Assembly: GCA_951406725.2 (NCBI GenBank) | Contig: OX597815.1 | Coordinates: forward strand, 11,532,001 to 11,596,000 | DNA from: Octopus vulgaris | Lineage: Eukaryota | Direction of reading: 5' to 3' | DNA: 64,000 bases | Shown: positions 12,589 through 26,294 of the stretch, piece by piece | How positions within the stretch are numbered: position 1 is the first letter of the stretch | Layout of the letters: the number at the start of each line of letters is the position of its first letter | Notes under the pieces: model-generated | Seen by the model: only the letters and a program-made list of their open reading frames with translations | Databases searched by the model: none | What the model was told of the DNA's origin: nothing | Program-made: the position numbers and the translations under genes

Positions 12589-12592
<4 letters not shown>
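12322..12592 (+). mobile_element. Penelope-like 3' UTR fragment with degenerate A3-U8 HHR (12469-12501)
   Basis: Inverted homolog of about 11250-11500. Reads ATTATTA-GT GAAA GC-GAAA-GCGG-TA-GACA; ends at (TA)n. Confidence 0.65.
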
Positions 12593-12652
<60 letters not shown>

Positions 12653-12713
12653 GTATGTATGTGCGTATGTATGTATGTGTGTATGTATGTATGTAGGCAT
12701 GTATCTCTCTCTC

Positions 12714-12783
<70 letters not shown>

Positions 12784-12824
12784 TGCTTACATATGTTTTT
12801 TAAAAAGTCTCTGCATCTGTATTC

Positions 12825-13845
12825 AGCACCATCCACAGTGTTGAACCTCCAACAGTACAAAAAAATGAGCCATGGCTCGGAAAAAAATTGGAATCTGTTG
12901 GTACTACCTCTTGATTGTAGGTATTTTGAGACAGCACTTCCAGCCACACTAGTTTCTCAATATTGTGCTCCGTCGCATTGAGAGTGTGTATTTGGGCATT
13001 GTCATGTGCTCACCCTTAATTGACCAATGTTCCATAGTTGTTGAGCATAAAGGTTCGCTTTCACGGCCTGATCCCAAACTCACCGCGCAACGACCCATTG
13101 AAATTCTACTTAACACATAGTATGGACATTTGTTCAACCATCCTTATTTCAGAAGTTGTTGCTGGCTCTGAAACCTGGCCGGAACAAAGTCACTGATTTC
13201 TATTGTTGATTTATTAATATTACAAAACAGGTCCATTTTTCATTACCACCCACAATTCGGTGCCAGAAACAATTTGCAGTTGTTTGCAAATATTTGGATA
13301 CCATTCAATCTTGTCATTGTTAGTTTCATGAGGTACTTTTCGATAGCATCTGTTCACAAGGTCGAACTTATTGAGGTGTCGACTGGGGGTGCTTGTGTTT
13401 GACCTAAAGCTATCGACGATGTCCGAGTGAATGTGTGTGACTGTTGTTCAACTATTTCAAGCAATTTCTCTTATCCCACAACACAAGGTCTCCCTGGCCT
13501 TGGTTTATCTTCCAAGATGGTGTCACTTTCCTTGAAGCGTCTGAATCGGTTTTGTGGCACACTTTCATTGACAGTTCCGGGACTTTCCACAACCTTAACG
13601 TCATGTGCCGCTGCCCTTGAAATATATCCATTTTTCCACAGTTGGTGCAATTGTTTCACCTCTCATTATCAAAGTTATAAAGTAAAGAGTAAAGGATTAA
13701 TGTTTATTATTATATATGAAAACGAAGAATAAAATCTTCAGAGACAGTTGAACAATGAATTATATTGAATTAGTAATACAACATTCAGGAACATGTTGCC
13801 CAAAATAATCATTGAATATCTGAAGACAATCTTGGCCCAACCTGG

Positions 13846-13847
<2 letters not shown>
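12825..13847 (-). mobile_element. Degenerate mariner transposon
   Basis: ORF 13471-13659 ...QNRFRRFKESDTILEDKPRPGRP is the mariner HTH/linker. Downstream IVGGNEKW resembles IVTGDEKW. Multiple stops and frameshifts. Confidence 0.75.
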
Positions 13848-13931
<84 letters not shown>

Positions 13932-14021
13932 TATAAATATATATATATATATATACATACATATATATACATATACATATATATATACATATATATACAT
14001 ATATACATATATATATATAAC

Positions 14022-14065
<44 letters not shown>

Positions 14066-14067
<2 letters not shown>

Positions 14068-14273
14068 CGGAGATGTATTTGCATAGCAAGTGATTTGATC
14101 TGAGATCATGTGCTGAAACAAAAACAATTGCAGCGTGGAAGGTGTTTGTAAGCCATTTAAGAAACACACAAAAGCCGTTCGATTCACTTCAACATTTGAG
14201 TCTAATTTGTCAAAATATTTTCGTCGCTTTAAGACCGCGACCTGTTCACTGACAAAAATCCGTGCTGCGGATT

Positions 14274-14274
<1 letters not shown>
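14066..14274 (-). mobile_element. Short PLE-type repeat carrying a G3-C8 hammerhead; 5' terminal hairpin; 3' end at (TA)n
   Basis: HHR at 14206-14256; hairpin AAATCCG tgctg CGGATTT at 14256-14274. A short copy of its 3' end (TATTACGGAGATGTA.TTGCA) lies at about 18219-18240. Confidence 0.6.
14206..14256 (-). ncRNA. Minimal hammerhead motif, G3-C8 variant
   Basis: Minus strand: TTTGTCA-GTGAACA-G-GTCGC ggtcttaaa GCGAC-GAAA-ATAT-TT-TGACAAA. Perfect 7-bp stem I and 5-bp stem II; palindromic AATATT stem III. Confidence 0.7.
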
Positions 14275-14345
<71 letters not shown>

Positions 14346-14403
14346 CTTCTTCTTTTGTTGCTGCTGCTGCCGTTGTTACTATTGCTGCTGCTGGTGCTGC
14401 TAC

Positions 14404-14436
<33 letters not shown>

Positions 14437-14445
14437 ACTACTTCG

Positions 14446-14504
<59 letters not shown>

Positions 14505-14521
14505 CAATACTACTACTACGC

Positions 14522-14582
<61 letters not shown>

Positions 14583-14600
14583 CACTATCACTACCACTCG
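14275..14600. repeat. Compound microsatellite (ATCT)n/(CTG)n/(CTA)n
   Basis: Directly visible. Confidence 0.9.
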
Positions 14601-15019
14601 TCTTTTTGTTTATTACACTTCTGATTTTCCTCAGTATTTCACAAACAAGTTTAACAATTCCTGCATCGTTCGTTCCCTTCACCGGTCACCTTACCTACCA
14701 CACATGTTGCACCATCACAACACTTCTCATTCCTGAATATCCCTTCGCCTGTATGTAAACTCCACATTTCCAACCCAACCACTTACCCTGGACTTTCAGT
14801 GTAACAGTCACGAAAAGAAATAATTCTCACAGTTCTGACCACTCAGAACACAACGCTAACTTACATAGCAAGAGTCGCCTAGCAATGTTTTCCTTCTTTC
14901 TATAATAAACACTTCTCATGTAATTCATCCCATTCCTTGCAAATCCATTTCGCTTTATTGGCCTCGTTTTTACACCTATTTTATTACGTATTATACAGAC
15001 GCACAAAAAAGTGATACGT

Positions 15020-15099
<80 letters not shown>

Positions 15100-15322
15100 A
15101 TATATATATATATATATGTATATGTATATATATATATGCATATATATATACATGTATATATATGATATACATATTTATATATATCTATATATAGATATAT
15201 ATACACACATACATACTCATATGTATTAATACACACACTCACACACACACAAGCATTTATATATATATATATATATACAAGTACATACATAAAAATTACA
15301 CATATATATATATATATGTATA

Positions 15323-15361
<39 letters not shown>

Positions 15362-15584
15362 ATATAAATACGTATATATACATATATGTACATATATATA
15401 CATATATACATATCCATTTCCGCTTAACGTTACCTAGACATTGACATGAATCAGCTATCTTTAGCTAGACGTACATTTCAATAAACACAGACTTTACCAC
15501 ACAAAGGCGAACACATTCAAATAATACGGAGTTAAGCACATATTTACCAATGTATACTTATACGCATATATCCACATCAAAGTA

Positions 15585-15632
<48 letters not shown>

Positions 15633-15688
15633 CGCGGGTCTATCTCTCTTTCTTTCTGTGTATATCTATGTATACCTATCTCATTATG

Positions 15689-15799
<111 letters not shown>

Positions 15800-16214
15800 T
15801 CTCTATGAATATACTTACGGATTTACCTGAGTATGTCTGAATTTGTGTGTGTTTGTGTAAGCCATTGTAAATGGGAGCCTATATACATTCATATACGTTC
15901 ATGTATATAAATATGTGTGTACATATATACTCATGTATACATGATCACACACGCGCACGCGGGAACGTATATACATGTATTTATAAATACAAATATATTG
16001 TGCAGAGAGTACATGTAATCATTTTCAATTTTTTTTCTTCTAATGCTTGTGTATATCCATGAATCTTTTTCTAAACACACACAAACACATACACACACAC
16101 ACACACACAGACACACATACACACAGACACACACTCACTCACACAACCGCACTCACACACATATACATATATATTCTCACTGAATATTTTTTATTTAACT
16201 AAAGATTTATATAG

Positions 16215-16265
<51 letters not shown>

Positions 16266-16983
16266 CATGTATATATATATATATATATACAAACACACAC
16301 ACACACACATACACACACACACACACATATATATAGAGAGAGAGATAGATAGATAGATAGATAGATATAGATATAGATATAGATATATGTATATATATAC
16401 ACATAGAGATACATGTATTCGGTGTTCACATGATATATACCATTTCCACTATCCAAATGTTATACGATTTGTTGTACAAAAAGAAGAAATAGCAAGAATT
16501 GCGCCAAAAAAGTTGGTCAAACATTTTGAGTGAATTGAAGAGATATATCTCATAAAATTACCAGTTCTAGTTCGAATATTGATGGTGAAGTGTTTTTATG
16601 AGATTTCTTAGAATTGCAAATAATGGTGTATTGTATGCGTTGTTGTATGGAAAGGAAAATTGTTCAGGAAAGTCAATAATTCGCTTGGAAATCAGCACAG
16701 ATTATTACCAAGTTCGAAACTAAGTCTGGTTTCTAGGGTGAAGATAGGTTTTATTCGTTTCCATGACTCATTGTCACAGTCAATTTACTTACGCTTATAT
16801 AATGCGTTTATTTGCGTTCGTGAGTGCGTTCTTGTGTGTGTGGGGGTGCGTGTGTGTGTGTGTGTGTGTATGTGCGTTACATCTTTAGGCAGGCTGTAGT
16901 TGTATTGTAAAAGACAAATATTCGTGTAATTTTCATTTCCGAAATAAACCTCTTCCTTCTATCTTCTCTTCCACGGCATCCGG

Positions 16984-17041
<58 letters not shown>

Positions 17042-17147
17042 ACATCTTCTTCGTCTTCTTCTTCTTCTTCTTTTTCTTCCTCTTCTTCTTCTTCATCTTC
17101 TTCTTCTTCTTCTTTTTCTTCTTCTTCTTCTTCTTCTTCTTCTTCTT

Positions 17148-17183
<36 letters not shown>

Positions 17184-17272
17184 AATCATCGTCGTCGTCG
17201 TCGTCGTCGTCATCATCATCTTCATCATCATCATCATCATCATCGTCGTCATCATCATCGTCATCATCGTCA
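16984..17272. repeat. Compound trinucleotide microsatellite (TCA)n/(TCT)n/(TCG)n
   Basis: Directly visible; source of the spurious poly-D/E and poly-M/K ORFs. Confidence 0.9.
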
Positions 17273-18138
17273 TTAACAGTAGCCACCGTAGCTTAATTAT
17301 TAATTTCTTATCGTTCCCATTCTTCTTTTTCCTTTTCTTAGCTTATTTCCCCCTCCTTCCGCTTGTTTCCCCCTCCTCCTCCTCCTCCTCCTCCTCTTGT
17401 ATCTCCAATGCTTTATGCACCGCTACGTCTTATATGGAAGTAGGTTATGGGCATGTTTCGAGCCAGTTATTCTATTTGTCACAACACAGACCGTTAAATG
17501 AACAGTTAGATAAACAGATAGCCAGATAGACAGGCTCGCAAGATAGGCACATAGATATCATTTTAGTATAAATGCTTCAGGAATAAGATTCATTCGTTAC
17601 AAACGTATTTGTTTTGAGATTCAGTTGTTGTATACAAACAGTGGACGCATCTTTTCAATGTATGATACACGGAATCGGTCAAGGAAAAAAGGTGTCACGT
17701 ACAAACTTAAAAGGTAATGGTTTCGCAGCAGAGAGAGAACAATCGATTCGGATGTCGGAATTCTGTGACAAATAAAGACCCACAAATTATTCTCGAAATA
17801 AAAGCACGAAATAGAATTCTCAGGATAGAAGAATAGTAATATGAATGGCACTGCCCATGCCAGGAGTCATAGAAGAGACGAGGACGGGTTTGAAAGTAAA
17901 AGTTATATACTGCACTACATAAAATCTATATTTATTGAAATCAACTTCACTTGGAGAAAAAATATCAACCCTCGCGTAGCAAATCGATCTTCAAAATCAA
18001 TGGTACTTTGAATTTTTTTTTATCTGAATTGTAAAGAAAAAGAATGAATATGTGTGTCCTTCGTTTCTATATATACACTTACGCGTATGCATGTGAGTGT
18101 ATGTGTATGTGTATGTGTATGTTTGTGTGTGTATGCGT

Positions 18139-18181
<43 letters not shown>

Positions 18182-18499
18182 TGTGTATGCGTGTGTATCT
18201 CTGTGTGTGTGTATCTATTATTACGGAGATGTACTTGCAAATCTATAATTTATAATTCTCGAAATATTATGTTGATAAAGGAAATGAATTTTTATAATTC
18301 TAATCCAGAAACGCGTCCATAATTAATCGACGACTGTTTGATTTGATTTTTTTCCTGTTTTACCTATGTGAGTTACAGATATTGTTATCTGTGGAGTCAT
18401 ATCTCGTAGCGAAAAGCAATAGCGGTCGTTTGGCTGTAATTTTCGGTATGTGGTGAAGGAACTTGTTGCTAAACCCTTAATTATATATATATATTTATG

Positions 18500-18576
<77 letters not shown>

Positions 18577-19240
18577 ATATATATATACATATATATATAT
18601 ATGTATACATATATATATATATACACACGCATGCATGATATACTTGTTGTTCAGTACGCTGATATGCATACATAATTGCATAACCTAATAGGATAGGGAT
18701 TTGGTGTCAGGGCAGGAATCTTATTAGCAGTCTGATATAATCCAGATCAGATAAACCTCATCGAATGATTGGGAACATTCAGAATCGTTTAAGATAAACA
18801 ATTCAGTGATACTTGACTCAAGAGCGCCTTCATTGAATTTGTCACAGCATATAGACATAAAAAGAATGGAGAAAAACACGTCTTCGAAAATTCTTATTGT
18901 TTTATTCTTATTGAATACCATGAAGTTTGCTGCTTCACCCACTCAAGTGGGTCAATCCCTGGACAAATCTTCCTAGGAATATTTTCAGCTGAATAATACT
19001 GTATTAAATAAGTTTTGCTAATGTATAATTCTCCATTCTTCCGTATGTTCTCTCTCCTCTCTCTCTCTCTGCCTGTCTCTCTCTCTCTAGCTACATATCA
19101 ATAAACCGATAGCTTGATAGGCAGATAAGTAGACAGATAGGTAGATAGACGATAGCTAGTCAGATAGCCATGTTGATTCGCTAGCTTCTGCACGTATTTT
19201 TTCTCTCTCCTTGTTTCTTTCTGTGTTTCTTTTCTGTGTA

Positions 19241-19278
19241 TCTTTCTGTTGAAGAGCGTAGGCTCGAAACGTAAAAGA
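19241..19278 (+). ncRNA. Minimal hammerhead motif with A6U core change, inside a ~210-bp repeat (about 19166-19375)
   Basis: TCTTT-CTGTTGA-A-GAGC gtag GCTC-GAAA-CG-TA-AAAGA. All stems pair; GUA site. Confidence 0.65.
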
Positions 19279-19424
19279 CTTGTTTTATTTATATTCCTGA
19301 ACGCCATACTAATACGATTGTTTTTTTTATATTCCACCTGCCTTCGTCTTTTGTTTATTTTCATAAAGCTCCCCAGATAGATAAGCATACAGATAGATAG
19401 ATAGATAGATAGATAAGCATACAT

Positions 19425-19456
<32 letters not shown>

Positions 19457-19462
19457 GCATAC

Positions 19463-19504
<42 letters not shown>

Positions 19505-20011
19505 GTACACAATGAACGCACAGACACACACTTCTTGAAACAATTGTAAAGAGTTATTAAGTTTGATGTTATGGAAAGAAATGTTACCACGAAAGCCGTC
19601 GTTTTCAGTCTAGACTATTGTTCAATCTAAGCCATTGTATACTCACAGTAGATGCGTCACTTCTGTAGTGCACCTTACAAGAAACCAGCGTGAAAGTGAA
19701 AGTGATTCATGTGTGCGTGGGCATATACATATACATGCATATATACATACATACATATGTATATATATATATAAATATGTGTGTATATATATATATATAT
19801 GTATATATATGTATATACGTGTGTATATATATATATGTGTATATGTATATTAATCTGTCCATATATATATGTACATATATAGGTATATGTATCGATATGT
19901 GTGTATATATATGTATATATATATATTTATGTATATATGTATATGCTTATATATCTGTATATATATATATATATATGTGTGTGTCTATATATATGTATAT
20001 ATACATATATG

Positions 20012-20086
<75 letters not shown>

Positions 20087-20566
20087 CTTACATATATATA
20101 TGAGGATACACATATATGTATATACTTCTACAAATACAGATATATACGTACATGTGAAAGTACTTAGGCGTATATAATCATGTCCGTATATGTCTATATA
20201 TATAAGTTTTTGATTGCGTATAGATATACGTGTATAATTATTAATATGTGTGCATCATATGCCATATTAGTATGTATGTATGTATGTATACACAATCACA
20301 CATATATATATATTTACATACAAAAATATTTTTTAAAAGAAATAAACAAACGTCTATCTCATCAGAAATAAAATTCCACTGCAATCACATCAAATACGCG
20401 CATATTTCAAAAACATATAGAAGACATATTTATTACACACTTGCAAAAACAATACCCGATACATTTTTAACAAACGGCACACTAAAACCATTCGGCCATG
20501 AGATACAATTCATGAATGACAATAGACTGGCTCTGAATTTCATTCACACCTATCGTCATTAAGAAG

Positions 20567-20858
<292 letters not shown>

Positions 20859-21009
20859 ACTATGAAATTTTAATCGTATTTTATATAAGTAGCAGAATTA
20901 TAACACAATAATTTCCCTTTATATAACGGTATTTTTTCATAGCGTTTTTTTCAGATGGCCAGATAACCGAAGAGATTGTTATATATATATATATATATAT
21001 ATATATACC

Positions 21010-21960
21010 GTTCTCTAAATAACTTTACATACTTGTACGCATATTTTTACAAAATATGAAATAAACTTCATGAAGTTCACACAGATATACCAAAACCCGA
21101 TTATCACACACTCCTCTACATTCACATTCTCATATTTCCTTACCAACGGATCAAACGTACAGTGGTCTACAGACAAATATGAATTGGAAATATTAACGGT
21201 AGCACACACCCATTCACATACACCCCCCCACACACAGATACTTTGTTTAAAACAAGAAAGCAAAATTGCTAACAAACAAACAAAACAAAAATGAAATAAT
21301 TTTACTCTCAATATGATCCCCAATACATCTTTAACACACGAAGCAATTTTGAAGCACTACTCATTAATCTACTGACAAGAGATACATCCTATAACTGTGT
21401 TACAGCTAACCATATTCATAAATTATTTTTCTCAAAATATTCTTTACTGATATACATCCCCGGACACGCGCAGAAAAAAAATATGTCCCCTCACCAACTC
21501 ACAAACCATAAATAAATTATTAACGGACGTTTCTCTAAAATCTTACACGCAATACATTACATTACGAAAAATAGCCTGAGCAAACTCGGATGAGACCATT
21601 AGTCAATCAATAAGCAACAACAAAAAGAACACCTAATGAATAAACTCATGCACTAGACCATATAGTCACCAAAAGTTATAAGATATATAAAAACAATATT
21701 ACACACAACAGTAACAGCCAACTAAACAACTAACGAAAAGACAGAAAAAAAACAAAGAACGGGATATGCATATCTATCAATAAACACCATCACTTGCCGA
21801 AACACACACACAAAAGCACATAAATACACAATCAATTCCCAGTTGTATCAGTTCACGCCTGAAGATCACAGTGGCATGAAATTAGAGTTGCGAGTCAAAC
21901 ATTCCGCCTGGTATTACTATCTATATTTTGTTTATTATTCGATGTTAGATTTAGCTTGTT
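21010..21960 (+). mobile_element. Possible degenerate PLE 3' region with decayed hammerhead at 21856-21892
   Basis: Frameshifted W.IL..A......ILCLKQE..I and FNTRS resemble a PLE endonuclease C-terminus. CGC-CTGAAGA...GAAA..TT-GCG at the end. Confidence 0.35.
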
Positions 21961-22431
21961 TGCATCAGATTTACATTCATACTTGAGCATATTTAAACTT
22001 TTTTGTATCAAATCCGATATATCAACCTTATATGTAGCCATTCTTTGAATAAAAGATTTTACAATTCTACTATAATTACATTATTCAAATACTTCCCAAT
22101 GTCTTGAAATTGCAAAATTATTCAACTTCAAAATTACTGTATAGTTTTGAAGATACAATACAACCGACTTAATGCATTTTTACATTTGCATTTTTACATT
22201 TTCAGAAATACTTCAATGAATTTAGTGTCTTTACTATATTTCATCTCATATATTTTCTGTCGAGAAGACCGAAATTTGACGAATCCTGACATAATTCTAA
22301 ATTTTGTTACTAATGATATTATATGAACTAATGTATTTGAGTATGCATAAATTCCTTCAATTATTTATAATTAAGTAATCATAGATATGCTTGCGTATGC
22401 TAAGCATGTACACATACATATCTGTTTGTAT

Positions 22432-22655
22432 ACACGATGCGTTGCTGAAAGATTCCTGGCTTTAAGGGTGTCGGGAAAAGCCTGTTTGGTGACGCAACCG
22501 TTCGAGTTCATTTATAGAATTTAGGAAAATCGAAGGATCGCTACAATAAGTGTGTGGATCTGAGAAGGGAATATGTTGAATAAAATCATAAACAACTTAT
22601 CTTCCTGTATTTTATTTTAGTTAAAACCCGGAAATTTTCAGCTCGTCTTCGAATG
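22432..22655 (+). mobile_element. Internally deleted mariner (MITE-like)
   Basis: Imperfect TIRs (GCTGAAAGATTCCTGGCTTT / AAAACCCGGAAATTTTCAGC). Encodes the mariner C-terminus ..DRYNKCVDLRREYVE*. Confidence 0.65.
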
Positions 22656-22743
22656 TATATGTATGTGCGCGTGCTTTTGCGTGTATTAACATACATACAT
22701 ACATACATACATACATACATACATACATACATACATACATACA

Positions 22744-22775
<32 letters not shown>

Positions 22776-24711
22776 AGCTGCCCCAGCAATTCATCCAGAG
22801 CCATTGTGAGTCTAAATACATAGTGACTGATGAGCAGGCCGGTGGAAAGAAGAGAGAGTGAGTATGTGTTGAACAGTTTCTGATAAACAAAGCTGTACTG
22901 CCTGACGTAAAAAAAACTCTGTAGGGGCCTCACGACAGTATGGCATTCCTCACTATTCCTTACGTATATTTGCTGAAGTGTCTCTGTTTGGCAACAGTGC
23001 CTCTGCTGCCATTGAGAGGCTCACAAAGACCTGAGCCACAATCCTCACACTTAGAATACAGAACGACCGTCTGCAAACCATAAATATTTCAAAGGTAAAT
23101 ATTCCAGGAAGATAGTCTGTCATTATACTTCTTGCTACAGAAAAAGAAAAATAGATGTTAATGTAACCCATAATTTCTTTGTAGGTGACATTAAGACTTA
23201 TGCTAAAAATGTTAACAATACCAAACAGCAACTGAAATTAATAATAAAAATTTTCGGCCAACATAGGAATATAATTTCGCGTTTCAGATCTATGGTTCTT
23301 TGTGCATTGCAATACGTGTCCCATGTGCATGTAGATGCTCAACCACAATGAATCATTTATGAGGAAACATGTGCCACCCCCAATAGAAAATCGTCAGCCG
23401 TTTTAGAATAGAGAGCTCAAAATAAACAGATCGAAAGTGAAGATAATTTATAAATATTGATAAGATTTTTCTAAAAATTTTACACAAAATACTCGCTGTG
23501 TATAGAAACGGATTTTATTAAATTCGTAAAAGATAAGTCATGCCACAGTTTCACAATCCCTGTGTTAAAATTATGAACGAGAAATGTTTAAAGATTTTGC
23601 GATAAACCATGATAGATTTCATTCTGCTTGTTTTTCTGGAGTACTTGTGTACTTATTCTAAATCAATATATAAATAGCCAAAGTTGTGTTTTATTTACGA
23701 TCAAAGTGAAGCGCATTGCAAAGAGACTTTGGTCATGTTAAGCACATGTCAACTTTAGGTGGTCGCACAGTATGTGCACTAAATGCACATATGCGGTTGG
23801 TGAATGTGTTTTGTGGTACACACATACTAGTGCACACCGCTATGCATATGAATATGAACAGGAAAGTAAAACGTATAGTGCGATACAAAACATTAGCAAA
23901 CTTTTTGTTTATTGTGCAGACATATATATATACGTATATGTCAGTATAGAAGTATACACATATACATGCATCTATACTTGCATATACGAATATATGCACA
24001 AATGCACATATACACGAATATATGCACATATGCATACACTTACATGTACACATTCATATGTATCATAATGCAGGCTCTCACATTTGCACACACATGCATA
24101 TATTCCTCCATACACATTTGTATAACTAGTATACACAGACAGGCATATCCAGATATTCATAGACACACAAACGTACGGACTCACACAGATACACACGCAC
24201 AAATTCTTGTATTTCGTGTCATCGTGATTAGATACTGTATGCATATGTGTGTATGTATAAGTTTGTATATCACGCTAGACGCTTCCGTTCCAGGAAACAG
24301 TGTAAGGTAACCCAAGTATGTTAGCGAGATTTGCTCAATTAAAAAAAAAGCTTTTCTCTTCTATTGTGTCAACTCTTCCCACCTCTCTCTGAGATTAGTA
24401 TCTTGTATAGTTCGTGTCTCTCAACAAATTGTTCAACAACACCACAATGTATGTTTTCTTTGTATCATTATATTTGACTATAAAGAATTTTTGTTACTCT
24501 TTTACATGGTGTGGTAGATTACATAAACAAATATTATTTACACTTACACACATGAAGAGTCATATATGCACAAGTAAATTATTTCTTTGTATATATATAT
24601 ATATATGTATACTTAAATATTCATATATATATGAATACACACACACACACACACAAACATACATATATATATATATTGGACAAAATGATATTTATAGGGA
24701 AAAAGATATAG

Positions 24712-24769
24712 ACATATCCTTACAGCTGTTTCCGGGATATTATGGATATCCCTTCATCAGGGACGATGT
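24712..24769 (-). ncRNA. Hammerhead motif (C3-G8) in a short repeat ending at (TA)n (about 24677-24900)
   Basis: Minus strand: GTCC-CTGATGA-A-GGGATAT ccata ATATCCC-G-GAAA-CAGCTG-TA-AGGAT. 7-bp stem II and palindromic stem III; stem I register imperfect. Confidence 0.65.
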
Positions 24770-24913
24770 GAGATGGTTAAATAGAGGTACATACTGGAGT
24801 TCGAAATAGGGAATTATGGAAAAGGAGGAGATAAGGAATATAGAGGAAAATAAGGGAATGAAAGTAGAAATACAATATAAAATATATAAAGATATTGTAG
24901 ATGCAGTTCCATT

Positions 24914-25010
24914 CAGTTCTATATTTAAGAGATGAGGAATTATGTACATCATTTACATTACTTACATTATTTACATTTGATGGATATTTGTCCTCATTTC
25001 TTGTTGTTAC
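24914..25010 (-). mobile_element. 5'-truncated copy (3' tail only) of the tRNA-HHR element at 11687
   Basis: CAGTTCTATATTTAAGAGATGAGGAATTATGTACAT..TTTACATTTGA.GGATATTTG.CCTCAT matches 11688-11775 and has the same terminus. Confidence 0.8.
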
Positions 25011-25102
25011 TTTTGACAATCTTTTTCTAAAAAAGTGAAACCGATCAAGTGAATAAACATCTTTTAAAATTGCATTTTCAAACCTTCTTTCATATATATA
25101 TA

Positions 25103-25137
<35 letters not shown>

Positions 25138-25138
<1 letters not shown>

Positions 25139-25290
25139 GGAGCTCTCCAACGGTTACAACCACAAGGTCCCAGTTGATACTATCACGGGAACAGCTTGTT
25201 CGTAAAATTAACGTGCAAGTGGCTGAGCACTCCACAGACACATGTACTCTTAGCGTAGTTCTCAGGGAGATTCAGCGTGACACAGCGTGT
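25138..25290 (-). mobile_element. 3' fragment related to SINE family C tail
   Basis: AATTAACGTGCAAGTGGCTGAGCACTCCACA..CGTAGTTCTC.GGGA..T.CAGCGTGACACAG is the reverse complement of 56050-56200. Confidence 0.75.
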
Positions 25291-26015
25291 AGGATAAAAT
25301 TTTTTCGGGAAAAAAATTTTATCGATGGCCAGCATATCAAAAAATTTATAAATAAGTTACAAAATAAGGGCAAAAGAAAAATTCTAATGCCAAATATGCC
25401 GAAAACAAGACAAAATTGTCAATAACCATTATAATTTATGCGTCTCGAAACAAACCGATAGAAATTTCAAAAAAATCCGTTATTACCGTATTGGTCCCAA
25501 TTTCGGGGTTAATTCATAAGAATTTTCCCCTCTTCAGCGATAAATGCGTGAGATATAAGTTAAATACTTACTCATACCCATGGGAAAAGCAAGCACTATG
25601 TCCTGGACAGACCTAAGTACCCCAAATATATCCAAAATAGAAAATCTTCGGCACATCTTGAGACACGTGTGATTCGAACTAGAAACTTTCACAGAGTGAG
25701 AGAATCCGGAAGTGAATATAATTAAATTTATAACTAATGTACGATAAAATATTTTTGGGAAAAAAATTTTATCAATGGCCAGCATATCAAAAAATACCTT
25801 TAAAGGTTAAATTTATAAATAATTTACAAAATGAGGGCAAAAGAAAAATTCTAATGCCAAATATGTCGAAAAAAAGACGAAATTGTCAATAACCATTATA
25901 ATTTATGCGTCTCGAAACAAACCGATACAAATTTCTAAAAGATCCGTTATTACCGTATTGGTCCCAATTTCGGGGTTAATTCATAAGAATTTTGCCCTCT
26001 TCGGCGATAAATACG
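25291..26015. repeat. Direct repeat, ~260-270 bp unit, ~450 bp period
   Basis: 25293-25550 closely matches 25743-26015, with a small insertion in the second copy. Confidence 0.85.
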
Positions 26016-26049
26016 TAAATTATGTAAATTATTTATAAAGTTAACCTTA

Positions 26050-26290
26050 AATTGTTCTCTATTTTTGTATGAACAAATATTTTTTAATTAAAAGTCCTTG
26101 TATAGTAATTGTTTCTTTGTAACGATTAGCAGAAGCGAAACCGGTGGACAAACACATTATAATATATATTGAAAATATATTAAAGCAATGTAAAGTGTGT
26201 GTGCATTTTCCTTCTTTTATTTTATATATACATTTTTTGCACTACAACACACCCCGTGCGGATAGTCGAAATTCCTCCTGTTTTATTAGC
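26050..26290 (+). mobile_element. PLE 3' UTR fragment with degenerate A3-U8 HHR (26118-26150)
   Basis: TGTA-ACGATTA-GC AGAA GC-GAAA-CCGG-TG-GACA, followed by sequence homologous to 12500-12592. Confidence 0.6.
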
Positions 26291-26294
26291 ATAT

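Noticed and set aside
17445-17500. GCTCGAAACATG on the minus strand (HHR-like half)
   Set aside because: No matching core or stems upstream.
22825-22850. CTGATGA...GAAA hammerhead candidate
   Set aside because: No pairing stem II, stem III or stem I.
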